Shown: positions 50,427-62,217, numbered from the whole stretch's first letter. The stretch: 63,848 nucleotides of DNA, filler included, from Globobulimina sp. (GCA_003354225.1; 42 parts of 42 records of this genome joined end to end with filler, not necessarily neighbours in it); one strand, 5' to 3'. The notes: generated from the letters alone by a model not told the origin. Numbers and translations are program-made.

Positions 50427-51337
50427 TCATTGAAACGCAACACTTCTGTGAACAGCTTCGATTTTATTCCCATGCGCAGCAAATCCAGTTCCACCGCTTG
50501 CTAACACAATCACATGTTTTTTTTTACACTGTTCATCACACACAGCACAACACTTATTTTTTGATACAAATTTCTTGACACACTGCAAACAGATAACATG
50601 CCCACATTTACTTAAACAGGCACTGCGGATGGCATTTGTCAATATTTTGGCGCATGAACCACATTCAAATAAGTTCTCTTCTTTTTTATCCTTATCATCC
50701 TTATCCTTTTCATCTGTGCACAGTGTGAATCTAACCGATATTAATCGTTTCCGCTTTAATGGTTTGTTGCAACCCGGACAATAAGTATTCGTATCTGGCG
50801 ATTTTACACTGATTGGACCGGCATTCGGTGTCAGCTGAAGTTGGATTTGTTTTTTTTTACACTCGATACTAAAAATAAGGAAGAAAACTGAACTGATGGT
50901 ATCCAGAAACATGATAAGTTTTTATTATGCGGATTTTGTTCATTTTCGTTTTTGTGGTTGGTGTTCTTCGTGTGTTTATTTGCTGTATTTTGCAGAGAGT
51001 CGAATTGAAGGAATTTATCGACTGTTTTTTTCCGTTGTTGCTGTTGCATTTTTTCTTTATTTGCTTGTTGTTGTTTGGTGTAATCATTTAATTTTTGTTT
51101 GTTTTTTCGTTTTTGTCGAAGTAGTGATTGATAGATACATTCTTTACAAAATAAATCACCATTTGGGCATAATAATGGATTGATACATAATTTAAGACAT
51201 ATGGTACACGCATAAAATGGTTTAATGCTTTCTTTTGCTAACCGTTTTTTTTGTGATCCCCATCCTAATTTATCACGTTCAGCTCGAGTAAAATAACCTA
51301 ATGCGGTGTTATTTTTTGCATGGCGAGTACCTGGCAT
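50427..51337 (-). CDS. NOSIP: Nitric oxide synthase-interacting protein (RING/U-box E3); intron 50835-50893
   Basis: TRHAKNNTA, GWGSQKKRL..SIKPF, spliced FWIPS|LTP, CGHVIC and GGTGFAAHG. Confidence 0.9.
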
Positions 51338-51776
51338 CAAGAAAGCATGCTCGTTACTTACAGTTTTTTGATGAAATAAAAATTAAAAAGGTAGAAAATT
51401 CTGCGAAATCACTTGTGAATTTCCAAAAGTTGGAATTCCAAAAGTCCGTGGTTTATAATAACACAGTTTGCGTCCTGTACCCAATCGTTTGCCTAATCTT
51501 ATATTGCTTGCTCTTAACGCTTTGATTACATTTGATTTATGTTCCAATTCCTGTTTAATTTGTCGACATTCCTTTTCAACTGTTTTCAATCTGTACAATA
51601 AAACCTGATATTCATGAGAAGTTTCAACTGTTTCTTGACATTCTTGTATATCACGAAGATCAGCACAACTTACACCNNNNNNNNNNNNNNNNNNNNNNNN
51701 NNNNNNNNNNNNNNNNNNNNTTAATTAATTAANNNNNNNNNNNNNNNNNNNNNNNNNNNNNNNNNNNNNNNNNNNN

Positions 51777-53198
51777 GTCTGACTAACTTTTTGCCATCTT
51801 TAAGAAATTCATCCACTGAGTATTCAGTTTCATTATCGATATCTAGTATTTCATCAATTGAATATTCAGTCTCATCATCTATTATTTCAATAATTGTCGA
51901 TTCAGCATCATCTTCTGCATCACCTCCACCATGATCATTATTATTATTATTATTATCATGGTAGTATTGAATGCTGCTATCCACACTTTTTGCAGGTTCC
52001 GCAACCTTCATACAATCGATCTTATTTTCAGACATAGTACATTTAGGCAGTGGTGGTGTATTCATCATTTGTCTCGAATTCATATGACACAAAGATTTTT
52101 TTGTACTGTGTGATCGGAATATCATTTCATTATTTTCTTTATTTTCTACGACATCTTCATCATTATATTGAGTATTAACAATAACAAATGAATTTGTTAA
52201 ACATTTAACAGCATCATTAACAGCAGCAAATTTCCTTTGTTGTTCATCTTCAATTTTTAATAATCGTAATTCCAAACCTCTCTTTCTATGCGTTGACATA
52301 GTTAATCTCTGCTGACTTTCTCTTAATGCTTTCTCTAAAACTAATATTTGTTTGTTATGCTCGCCTAACACTCGCCGAATACTTGAATGATTTTCATCTT
52401 GTAACATTTGAATGGATTTCTGTGTCTCTGTTAATCCAATTTTTAAGGATTCAATTTGTTGATTTTTTTGTGTGATCACATTTGTATATTTTTGTATATC
52501 CATCGATAAAGTTCTTCTTTCATTTTCTAACATTAACTTTGCTTTTTGTTCATCTTGCAACCATTTTTGATACTGATTCTTTTCGGTCTCAACCTGGTCA
52601 ATTAACTCTGAATATTTATTTTTTTCTGTTTTCATTTCAAATTCTAAATCATCTCTCGATGTTTTTATTGATTTTAAGTTTTCTTCTAAATCAGTTATTT
52701 TTGCTGTTAATGCTTTATTGCATTCATCACGTACATTTTTCTCAAATTCAATGTATTTCCGTTCCATTAAAATCTCATTTTCTAATATTTCACTACGTAA
52801 TGTGTTATTTGATGTTTTTAATTCATTCACTTCGATATGTAATTCATTCGTTGTTTCCCGCAAATTTTCTAATTCAAAATCATTTGTTTCCCGTAATTTT
52901 TTAATTTGGATATTATGATCATTTCCTATTAATTGTTTTATATTTTCAAATTCTAATTTCTCGAACTTTCTTGATTTATGTAATTCAGCAACATTGATTT
53001 CTAATTCTTTGATTTTATTTTTTAAGTCTTGTGTGTCTTTTTCATATTTATTGTCTGATTCAGTCATGTCTTGTTCTAATTTTTCTTTCTCATTTCGCAC
53101 ACTCTCATATTTATCTTTTAAATCTAGATTCTCTGACTCTAAATCATCGCATTTTATTTTTATGCTTTCATTCTCGGTCTGTAAACCACTTTTTTCGC
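51777..53198 (-). CDS. Long coiled-coil protein, internal fragment
   Basis: Heptad E/K/L-rich ORF spanning the contig. Confidence 0.6.
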
Positions 53199-53298
53199 NN
53201 NNNNNNNNNNNNNNNNNNNNNNNNNNNNNNNNNNNNNNNNNNTTAATTAATTAANNNNNNNNNNNNNNNNNNNNNNNNNNNNNNNNNNNNNNNNNNNN

Positions 53299-53597
53299 TG
53301 GCGACTGTGGTTGAGGGGATGGCCATTCCAGTTATCAACCGGGCTATCTTACTAGGGTTGGAATATGATACTCAAGATGAGTTAGAAACTCTGGTGGTGC
53401 AAGCCAATTGGCACAATGGTCAGGGAAGAGAACCTACAGCCCTGGGAACGCGCTATACTCAAGAGGTTAATACGGACTTATTGCTTAATCCAGAGCCTAT
53501 CTTTTTTACAGATGTATTGCATGAACGTGTTGACCCACCCTTAGTTGCTTTCTGGCAACAATTAAATGTTAGAGCTATGGCGGTCTTACCGCTATGG
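53299..53597 (+). CDS. Bacterial-type GAF domain fragment
   Basis: INRAILL..VVQANW..EPIFFTDV..RVDP..QQLNVRAMAVLPLW; higher GC than the rest of the contig. Confidence 0.6.
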
Positions 53598-53651
53598 AGT
53601 CTGGAATCATTACTACTGCAGAAACAATTTTCATCTAAAAAAAACTAGGTC

Positions 53652-54720
53652 ATGGCGGCAGTGTTAAATCCCAACGCTGTATGCTTTTATCCGGCAGCAA
53701 AAGTTTCTAAAAATGGTGGATGGATTGACTGGATTCAATTGCCATCATTGCCATTATATATTAAGGTTGATTATGATTCGTATTCAGAGCACATTATTCC
53801 ACTCAATAACAAAGAATTTGCATTAGTTGAGAAAGGGTTATGTGGCGAACCAGATTATTACATTTATAAATATAATGTTGATAAAAATGAATGGATTAAA
53901 TGGATAAAACAAAATCAGAATGGAGACATTCTATATCTTTTTCATTTGCATTCAATCAAAGGAACCAAACATTATATATCCTATCCGATAAAACTATGTT
54001 TAAAATTGATATAAATAGCAACAAAGTATTAACTGTTAAAGATATTGTTGTTGGGACACATCATTCCGCTTTTTTTGTTAATGATGAATTGCGTGTAATT
54101 TGTAATAATGAACAGTTAATTTGGAATGATATAGAAAATGTATTTGATGAAAGATTTGCATTCACCGAGATATACGCTGGAGACACTGGATGGTTACATC
54201 TCAAATCCAGCAGAAACACTGTCTTATGTTTCCATGTTAAAAATTATGAAACGAATACTAACGTATATTTATATGTGATACTAAAGAAAGAAAATGTAAA
54301 TTAACATTAGTGAAAGAGGTTGATAATGGAACCAATTATCTGTCATCACACGGCATTGCTTTAAGTATTGACGAAAAGGTTGTTGTATTTCGAGGGAATT
54401 ATGTTAGTACTTGGCGGAATATTTATATTTTAAATATAGAAACGATGCAATGTAAAACAAGTAAAATTGTATGTCCAGCCACAGAGTATTTTTTTGTTTG
54501 TATTTGTTTGAATGGCAATGAAATGGAATTGCAATGCTTGGTGTTTGGATATATTCGAAGTATTTGGAAATAACAGAATTCTGTGAGAATACATTTGTTC
54601 CAGATTCTGTGATACGATTAATTGCTTTATTTGTTGTTCTTGAATATGTGCACATTGTTGAAGTATGCACTGGGAATCACTGGAAAATTCGTTTGCAAAC
54701 AATCTTGCAAAATTTAGAGT
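53652..54720 (+). pseudogene. Frameshifted Kelch-like propeller protein with a C-terminal GYIR motif
   Basis: Four successive ORF pieces (IYKYNVDKNEW, IYILNIETMQCKTSKIVCP, LVFGYIR, HWKI) in different frames. Confidence 0.55.
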
Positions 54721-55042
54721 NNNNNNNNNNNNNNNNNNNNNNNNNNNNNNNNNNNNNNNNNNNNTTAATTAATTAANNNNNNNNNNNNNNNNNNNNNNNN
54801 NNNNNNNNNNNNNNNNNNNNACATGGGGTACCCAAAAAAGTTAATTATATCAATAATAAGGTTGGTACCACCAATATATCTTTTTCGATTCAACCAATCA
54901 GCTTTTTTCCCTTTTGATTGATTGATAAACAAATTATTAAGAAACAACTTTAAAGTTGCAAATTATCTTAAATAAACAAATAGGACAATTCAAAAAAAAA
55001 AACAATATAATATATATATATAACAAATCAAAAAACAGAAAT

Positions 55043-56242
55043 TTAGTCAGCATTATTTAACGTCAGCGGAGTGCTTTGTAATATCCAATGTGATGGATGT
55101 TTGTGAGTCGCTAAATCAGCTTCAAATACTAACCCAACGCCCATCGCATTTCTCCGTGAAGATGTAACATAAACCGGTGTGTTAAATGTGTGATATCTGG
55201 TCACTTTATTTATTTCCATTGGTATTATTTTTATGATTGGCAATTCATATATTAATTTCTTAGGATCTTGTTTGCATAAAACAGAATTTTTATAATCCCA
55301 TCCAGCACCTTCCAAATATAAACCTTTTACGTAACAATAACAGGATTCTTCATCATTTGCATTCTCTTTCTCGTCATCTTTAATATCATCGTCATCCATA
55401 AATTTAGTAACTTTGGTAAACAATGTAGATTTATCCAATGGCCACTTTTTTTTCCTGCACGTTGTCTGTACCAATGCGGCTAAATATGTCTCCGGAATAT
55501 GTAAACCTGACAACCATATTACTTTTGGATCTGTCGGTGGAGTTTCATTAATTTGTAAAGCGGTCCATGACGAATATTGTTTATATCGTAATAAAAAATG
55601 ATTGATCCACGAACCTAATCGCTTTTGTGTCTCCGGCGCATATTTTCTCCATAAATTTGGCAAAAAACCATTATATAAATCCGAAGCTAATGAATCCAAT
55701 TCAAAGCTCATACCAATCTCACCAATTAATGCCCGTTTTAAATCAATTAATGATTGGCTCATATGTAAGACCAATTTATTCCATCTCTCTAATTCCTGCA
55801 ATAAAACAACAGACGTTGGTTGTAAATTATTTGTTGCTGTGGTATTACGCATTATTTTTCGACGAATGGTGGTCATATCAAATATCTTTGGTATTTTACT
55901 TTGTATCGATTGCGCAATGGAATTAATATAATCTTCTCGGCGAATACCGCCACTCCCAATTGCTTGGGTTCGTGGTTGTAAATTAATTAAATCATTCCAT
56001 AATTGTTTGGTTGCATTTGTATAATAACCAATCTCTGCATTACTATGCAAACCAAACACTTCGGGGCCATTTTCCAACGGTAATGCGGACTCAATATATT
56101 TTAAATATTCGCCATGTGGAATATGTATCGAATTATTTGGTATTTTATACTTTGGTTCGCTAAAATAAAAAGGCTGAAAATCATCAAATAAGAAGTCGCC
56201 CATATACTCATTCAAATAGGTATTCAATGTTCGTCTATCAAA
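55043..56242 (-). CDS. DNAH10: Axonemal dynein heavy chain C-terminus (DNAH10/inner-arm I1-alpha-like)
   Basis: PEVFGLHSNAEIGY, VVLLQELERWN, GEIGMS, WLSGLHIPETYLAALVQ, WPLDKSTL and RRNAMGVGLVFEADL. Confidence 0.85.
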   Translation of the reverse strand, partial: FDRRTLNTYLNEYMGDFLFDDFQPFYFSEPKYKIPNNSIHIPHGEYLKYIESALPLENGPEVFGLHSNAEIGYYTNATKQLWNDLINLQPRTQAIGSGGIRREDYINSIAQSIQSKIPKIFDMTTIRRKIMRNTTATNNLQPTSVVLLQELERWNKLVLHMSQSLIDLKRALIGEIGMSFELDSLASDLYNGFLPNLWRKYAPETQKRLGSWINHFLLRYKQYSSWTALQINETPPTDPKVIWLSGLHIPETYLAALVQTTCRKKKWPLDKSTLFTKVTKFMDDDDIKDDEKENANDEESCYCYVKGLYLEGAGWDYKNSVLCKQDPKKLIYELPIIKIIPMEINKVTRYHTFNTPVYVTSSRRNAMGVGLVFEADLATHKHPSHWILQSTPLTLNNAD

Positions 56243-56342
56243 NNNNNNNNNNNNNNNNNNNNNNNNNNNNNNNNNNNNNNNNNNNNTTAATTAATTAANN
56301 NNNNNNNNNNNNNNNNNNNNNNNNNNNNNNNNNNNNNNNNNN

Positions 56343-57764
56343 TTGAATCCATTGTGAATAAGTGAGATTAAAACCACACATATTACTAATTTGTTCTCGG
56401 TACATTTCATCAAATTTACGTGCAAAGAATATTGATTTCATTGGTGGTATGCGACGTAATTGGTATATAATATGCGAAACAGATAAAAAATCTCTTAACA
56501 TTTTATACGTAAAATGGGCATGATCGAAGTATGCAATTTGAACGAGCGATTTACGAATATCACCAATTTTGCCATCCATATAATTTGTGACATACTTTTG
56601 ATTCCCAATGGGGATATTTAGGCATTCACCTACACCATTTTCAAAGCGTTTAAATTTAACTAAAACAGATGAAATAAGATGAGATATTTCATTCCATTCG
56701 CAACCAATCGTAATTACGCTTTTCTTTTCATTTAAATAGTATCCCTCGGCGGGCCCAATTTGATTAATGATATTAATATAAATATTTGCGTCCTCAATTG
56801 ACATCAATGAAAAATTGTCGTCGACGAAGGATGCTCTTGCTTTAATATGAAAATCTGGTTTTTGTTGTTTCGCTGCGTCCAACACTCTTTTCATAAAATG
56901 TTTTTGTGATAATCCGCAGTTACCATTGCTACCTGCTTGGCCTTGATATAATCCTTCTTCTGCTTCAAATTGATGGCCGTTTGGTAAAATTAGTTTGTTA
57001 TTTCGCCCATATAACTGGTAATTAAGCAAGTATTGCGATGGAATTTCTTCGTATCTGTTCTAATAATCGCTTTCTAATGATTTCGCCAAAGCAGTTTCGC
57101 CAATCGGTTTGCAGGATACACATATTATTATATTTTATTATATATTTGCAGCTCATTTCGTATGCTAATACCATGGCTTCGCCGCCACATTTATCCTCGC
57201 TAATTTGTGTCGGGTCTCGTGCATCTTCAATTTCTTTGGAATGTACCCGTTTACTTACTGCAATTGAGAGAGATGGAAGTAGATTGCCAATGGTTATCGG
57301 CCTTATATCTGTTTTCTTTTTGTTGGCAGGTATGACTCTGCCGCCGTTTGCAAATTGTACGACGTCGCGTTTAATTTCACCGTTGATAAATAACAAAATG
57401 ACAATCCGGTTCGATTCTTCCACATTTTAATAAAGTGCGCATTGGATATACCAGATACTCCCGGCGCGGATGTTTCGTTTAGACTCAATACCGAAGAATC
57501 AAAAATGTCGGCTGTAATTATTTTTCATTGCCGTGTTTACGTCGAGGATATTTCGATAGCAGTAAATCAAATTTGTTTGGATCGTCCATGTTGGCCATGC
57601 CGGAGCTATTAATCATAGTCAATGCCTTTTTAATTTTGCCTAAAGCGACTACGCTCATTATTTTCTTGCGTTGATTTCGCGTAATGTCACCTTTCTTATT
57701 CTTAATAAATGTTTGTTTAGGTCTGTCGTTGTTGAGTTGCAAATATTTTTGATTTATTTCATCA
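56343..57764 (-). mobile_element. Degenerate CRE-like non-LTR retrotransposon RT, split over four ORFs
   Basis: SAPGVSG, IRPITIG, GGEAMV, QTDWRNCF, GLYQG, FVDD and GYYLNEKKS; homologous to 1552-2948. Confidence 0.85.
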
Positions 57765-57991
57765 NNNNNNNNNNNNNNNNNNNNNNNNNNNNNNNNNNNN
57801 NNNNNNNNTTAATTAATTAANNNNNNNNNNNNNNNNNNNNNNNNNNNNNNNNNNNNNNNNNNNNTACGGTTTTTTTTTGTTGTAATAATTTTTATGTTTG
57901 CTCTTCTGTTTTTAATTCGTATTTTATCGGATATTATTTGTTCCAAAACGAGAAAAGCGTAAAAAACTAAAGTAAAGTGCGCAGAGTCAGA

Positions 57992-59203
57992 ATGGCAACT
58001 TGTTGTAAGAATAAACTATTTATATTTGGATATCTCCGACAGTACGAGACCAATAATGCATTATCTACAGTGGTACCCGTGACATTATATGATTTAATAT
58101 TTGCATATTTCCCTAAACAATACAAGATATATGCGATTGGTAAAAATGATTTTAATGAGTTTGGTCTATCTCATCGTGATCAAGTCACACAATTTACACA
58201 CTTAACATTATTCTCGTCGATAATCTGTCATCCAATGGATATATCGAACAGTTATCGTACTTATATTGTACGTGATTATAACAATGGAATCTCATATTTT
58301 GGACACATCCAAAGTTCGCCATCATTCCGCACTCATTTCACAAAAGAAAAAGAAGAAGAATATGCGATCAATAGTGATATAAAGATAATATCACAAGGAA
58401 TAATGGCTAAAATATCAATAATAGCAACACAAGAAACACTGACAATTTATCTTCACGACAAAGAAAATGATAAAGCACCAAAACAATATACAAATTATGT
58501 TGGAATGCATATTGGCGCGATATTCAAATCAAAAATTATTAAAATCTGTTGTTTAATGCATGAAGCAATATATCTAACGAGTGATGGCCAAATCTATTAT
58601 GCTTCGCATAATTCATCAAAAATAAGCATTGAAAGTATGAATGGAGTATTTATTGGAGATATTGCATGTGGATAATGGCATAGTTTGTTATTAAGTGGTA
58701 AAGGACAGATATATGGATTTGGAAAGAATATGTTTGGCCAATTAGGGTTTGGCTCGCAACACCAACATATTATCGTAGATACACCGATATTACATCCATT
58801 TTTAGATTTAAATTTAAAATTTATAAAGATTTGCTGTGCATTGTTTTCAATGTTTATCGCTGAAAATGGATTATGTTTTTTATGCGGTGATAACGATGAA
58901 GAACAGATAGGAAATGGCAGTATCAAAACTGACGTTAAATTGCCATATATTTTGGATTCAAAGGTTGTTGGATGTATTGTTGATGGCGATTGTGGCAATA
59001 AACACAGTGTGATATTAAATGATGAAAATGAAATCTATTGTTTTGGCGACAATGTCTATAAACAATGTATTCCATATTCAAACGAGGAATGGTTTGATAA
59101 ACCAACAAAATTGTCCAAACCTGACATTGGCATTCATCACAACCATGTTGTTGAAAGAGTCATTACCGGCGTCGATTCCACACTGTTTATTGTTTGTTCA
59201 TAA
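57992..59203 (+). pseudogene. RCC1-like repeat protein with an in-frame TAA at 58673-58675
   Basis: IYAIGKNDFNEFG; IACG*WHSLLL..GQIYGFGKNMFGQLG; DCGNKHSVIL..IYCFGDN. Confidence 0.75.
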
Positions 59204-59909
59204 AACCTCTCCAACTCAAAAACTTTCAAGTATCGGTCAACGCCGCATGATGGCAACGCGCATGAAGTAAAAACAACAAAAGCAANNNNNNNNNNNNNNN
59301 NNNNNNNNNNNNNNNNNNNNNNNNNNNNNTTAATTAATTAANNNNNNNNNNNNNNNNNNNNNNNNNNNNNNNNNNNNNNNNNNNNGGATATACATATGTT
59401 AAATCGATATCAAATTCAGTTTAAATCTAATCCAAATCGTTTTTATAATTTAAATCGGCGATTTATAAATCGCTGCCAATCGCGATTGATATTGATAAGG
59501 TCTATAATCATATCCAAGCCGTATATGTTCTGCCATTGTAGATAATAACTTGCCTAAATAAGGAAATGATGTATCACGGATGTGTTTATATGTCAAATCA
59601 CTAGAAATTAAAACAATATATACACCTTCGTAAGTGGTTGGGGTTAAACAACCTGTAGTCATATCAATACTGCGATCAATAATTATCTGGTTGTGTGTGC
59701 ATGAAGTTACCAAATTGATGCGTATACAGTTTTATATAATTCTAAGCAAATCCGTAATTTTTACAGAGTGAAATAAAATTTAGGTAGTTAAAGGCAATAA
59801 ATGAAATTAAAACAAAAAGAAAATAAAGCATTATTGCGAAATCCGTAATAATACTAACGAATATTAAATAATTAATAAAGATTACAATGCTTTGTATGTC
59901 ATATATTCT

Positions 59910-60806
59910 TTAAAATATCAAAGAAACGAAAGACATTGCAATTATTACTTGAAAATGTATATTATTGTTTGTCGCACCTGATTTATTAATATGTATTCTG
60001 TTGTCTGGCGCATCTGTTGTCTGCGCATCTGTTGTTAAATCTTCACTTTGACATGAAATATTACAGGCAGGATGCGGTGGGTCACGATTGCAATTATCAT
60101 AACACCAACAAGGATCCACTAAAACAGATGCATCAACGTGGAAACCATTTAATATTTTATCAGCTACACTACCATCATCATCATTACATATTACATGCTG
60201 TGTAACTGCACAATACTCAGTTGTATACACTCCACAATTGCCCTGACACCATTCGTTTGAAATATTGTAACCACTGTACAATTGAACACATTTTTTTTTA
60301 TTATTGTTACTGTAATCGCCTGGTTCTCCTTCCCTCCAATGTGGATCGTCAATGCATAAATTTGAACCTCCAGAAACATAGGCGCATGATGTTTTATCAA
60401 CCCATTTAAATTTGTTATCTTGGCATGAAGCATGTAAGCCAATCCACGCAGAGTGCTCTTGACTACCAATTGCAATTATGTTAATTAGATTTGATGCATC
60501 TCTAATATATTCATCATTTACTATGGTGGCTAATGACGAACCATATTGTTTACATACTGATAAACCTTGAGACCATGTGTATTTTTCCCGTGTGATAGCA
60601 TAACCATTAGCTGCTATACTTGCCCAAGGATCTGTTGTTGGATATGTTGTTGGATCTGTTGTTGTTGGATGTATTGTTGGATTTATTGCTGGATGTATTG
60701 TTTGATTTATTGTTTGATTTATTGTTTGATTTATTGTTTGATTTATTGTTTGATTTATTGTTGGATTTATTGTTGGATTTATTGCTGGATTTATTGCTGG
60801 ATTTAT
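59910..60806 (-). CDS. C-type lectin domain surface protein with INP(T/A) repeats and a hydrophobic C-terminal tail; 5' partial, mostly missed by the ORF track
   Basis: Manual translation gives TWSQGLSVCKQYGSSLATI..AWIGL..FKWVD..WREGEPG..CVQL, in frame with ORF 59910-60281. Confidence 0.8.
   Translation of the reverse strand: MNPAINPAINPTINPTINQTINQTINQTINQTINQTIHPAINPTIHPTTTDPTTYPTTDPWASIAANGYAITREKYTWSQGLSVCKQYGSSLATIVNDEYIRDASNLINIIAIGSQEHSAWIGLHASCQDNKFKWVDKTSCAYVSGGSNLCIDDPHWREGEPGDYSNNNKKKCVQLYSGYNISNEWCQGNCGVYTTEYCAVTQHVICNDDDGSVADKILNGFHVDASVLVDPCWCYDNCNRDPPHPACNISCQSEDLTTDAQTTDAPDNRIHINKSGATNNNIHFQVIIAMSFVSLIF
60625..60806. repeat. 12-bp coding tandem repeat (GATTTATTGTTG-like)
   Basis: About 14 copies; encodes INPT/INQT/INPA on the minus strand. 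Confidence 0.9.
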
Positions 60807-60982
60807 NNNNNNNNNNNNNNNNNNNNNNNNNNNNNNNNNNNNNNNNNNNNTTAATTAATTAANNNNNNNNNNNNNNNNNNNNNNNNNNNNNNNNNNNNNN
60901 NNNNNNACGGACTTGAGCTCAAGTCACACGGATGAAAAAAAAAAATAGACATAGTATTCATACATAGTAGTCGTACACAGTA

Positions 60983-61111
60983 CAGTAGTGTTCCCGATAA
61001 GAGGTACGCATATTAGTACTAAAATATATATTTTATCTAATAATATATTTACGAAATGGTGGAGCTGTCAAGGGCTAATATATATAATACCTCTTATCGG
61101 GAACACTACTG
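60983..61111. mobile_element. 129-bp Tc1/mariner-pogo-type MITE
   Basis: Perfect 24-bp TIR CAGTAGTGTTCCCGATAAGAGGTA, flanked by TA on both sides. Confidence 0.85.
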
Positions 61112-62148
61112 TACCATAATCTAAGAACTCAATTATTGGATGATTATGAAGAGGAAATTATTAATGCAATCCCTTCATTTGAATGGCCAACAGAGAACGA
61201 GAAGATATTAAAAATATTATTATTCCCATTACAGGATCAATTAATTGATAAAACCATTCAGCAAAACAAAATAGAATGGAAACTACATAGCGATATCAGA
61301 ATTTCATGCCTCAATATGCTATCGGACTATATATCAAATACAAAGCGATTCTCAAATGCGTGGTCTTATAATTTCCACACCTGGTGAAGCCCGATCACAT
61401 TTACCGTATTCACCAATCTTTCTTTTTTCTTTTTTTCTATTTATCCTATTATACCCTGCACACTATTTATTTTTTCTTAACCAAAATACTCTGCAGTCAA
61501 TATAAAAAAAAAAAATCTTTTCTTTATTATTTTATTATTTACTTTTTACATTTTTTTGCCCTTTTGATTGTTTGAGATACACCTCACAATTCTTCATATT
61601 TAGTGTGTACTATTTTTCTTTTTGACTTTTTTCTTTTTCATATTTTTCATTATTTTCTTTTGTCTGGGTTCTGTGCAGTTGTGCACAAACTTTACCGGCT
61701 GGTTTTTTATTTATTGTCATCACTTTTTGTTTATGGTGACGCTCTAAATTAAGTCTTCCAAAAAAGATAATACAGACAATGCACATACAAATGTAGCAAA
61801 TGACAACACCCAAAAGTAAAAGAAACAAATGAGATTTATAATGAGAGAGATATTTCATTTGTGGCAATAGCATTGAATAGCTACAAAAACAGCACGCATA
61901 TATTGATTTAAAAGAGATTTAATTGAAGCAACGCCAACGTGGCAATCCATAGCACAGCAACACCAAAAAATGATATTTGAATAAATTATTTGGTGGCAAT
62001 CCATAGCCATAGATATAAAAATAATGATACTTTGAGTGGCAATCCACAGCCAAGAAACACAAACATATATTAATATTTAACAGCTGGGCCATACATTAAA
62101 ACAATACGCATATAGATAAATGAGAATTGGTGTGCCATCTAATTTTTT

Positions 62149-62217
62149 GTGATGATGATTAGCGAGATCAAGCATATCTTATTAAAGATAATTTGGGTTC
62201 AAATCCCAATCATCACA
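62149..62217 (+). pseudogene. tRNA-like sequence (pseudogene or SINE head)
   Basis: Acceptor stem GTGATGA/TCATCAC, T arm TTGGG-TTCAAAT-CCCAA, anticodon stem TATCT/AGATA with a 6-nt loop, poor D arm. Confidence 0.5.

Noticed and set aside
18046-58675. Alternative genetic code with TAA/TAG reassigned
   Set aside because: Conserved genes end at TAA at their expected C-termini (hydroxyproline dehydratase, G-alpha, dynein), and long ORFs lack internal TAA/TAG; isolated stops fit pseudogenisation better.
60567-60862. Plus-strand (CWIY)n and (LLDL)n ORFs
   Set aside because: Antisense readings of the 12-bp repeat that belongs to the minus-strand lectin gene.
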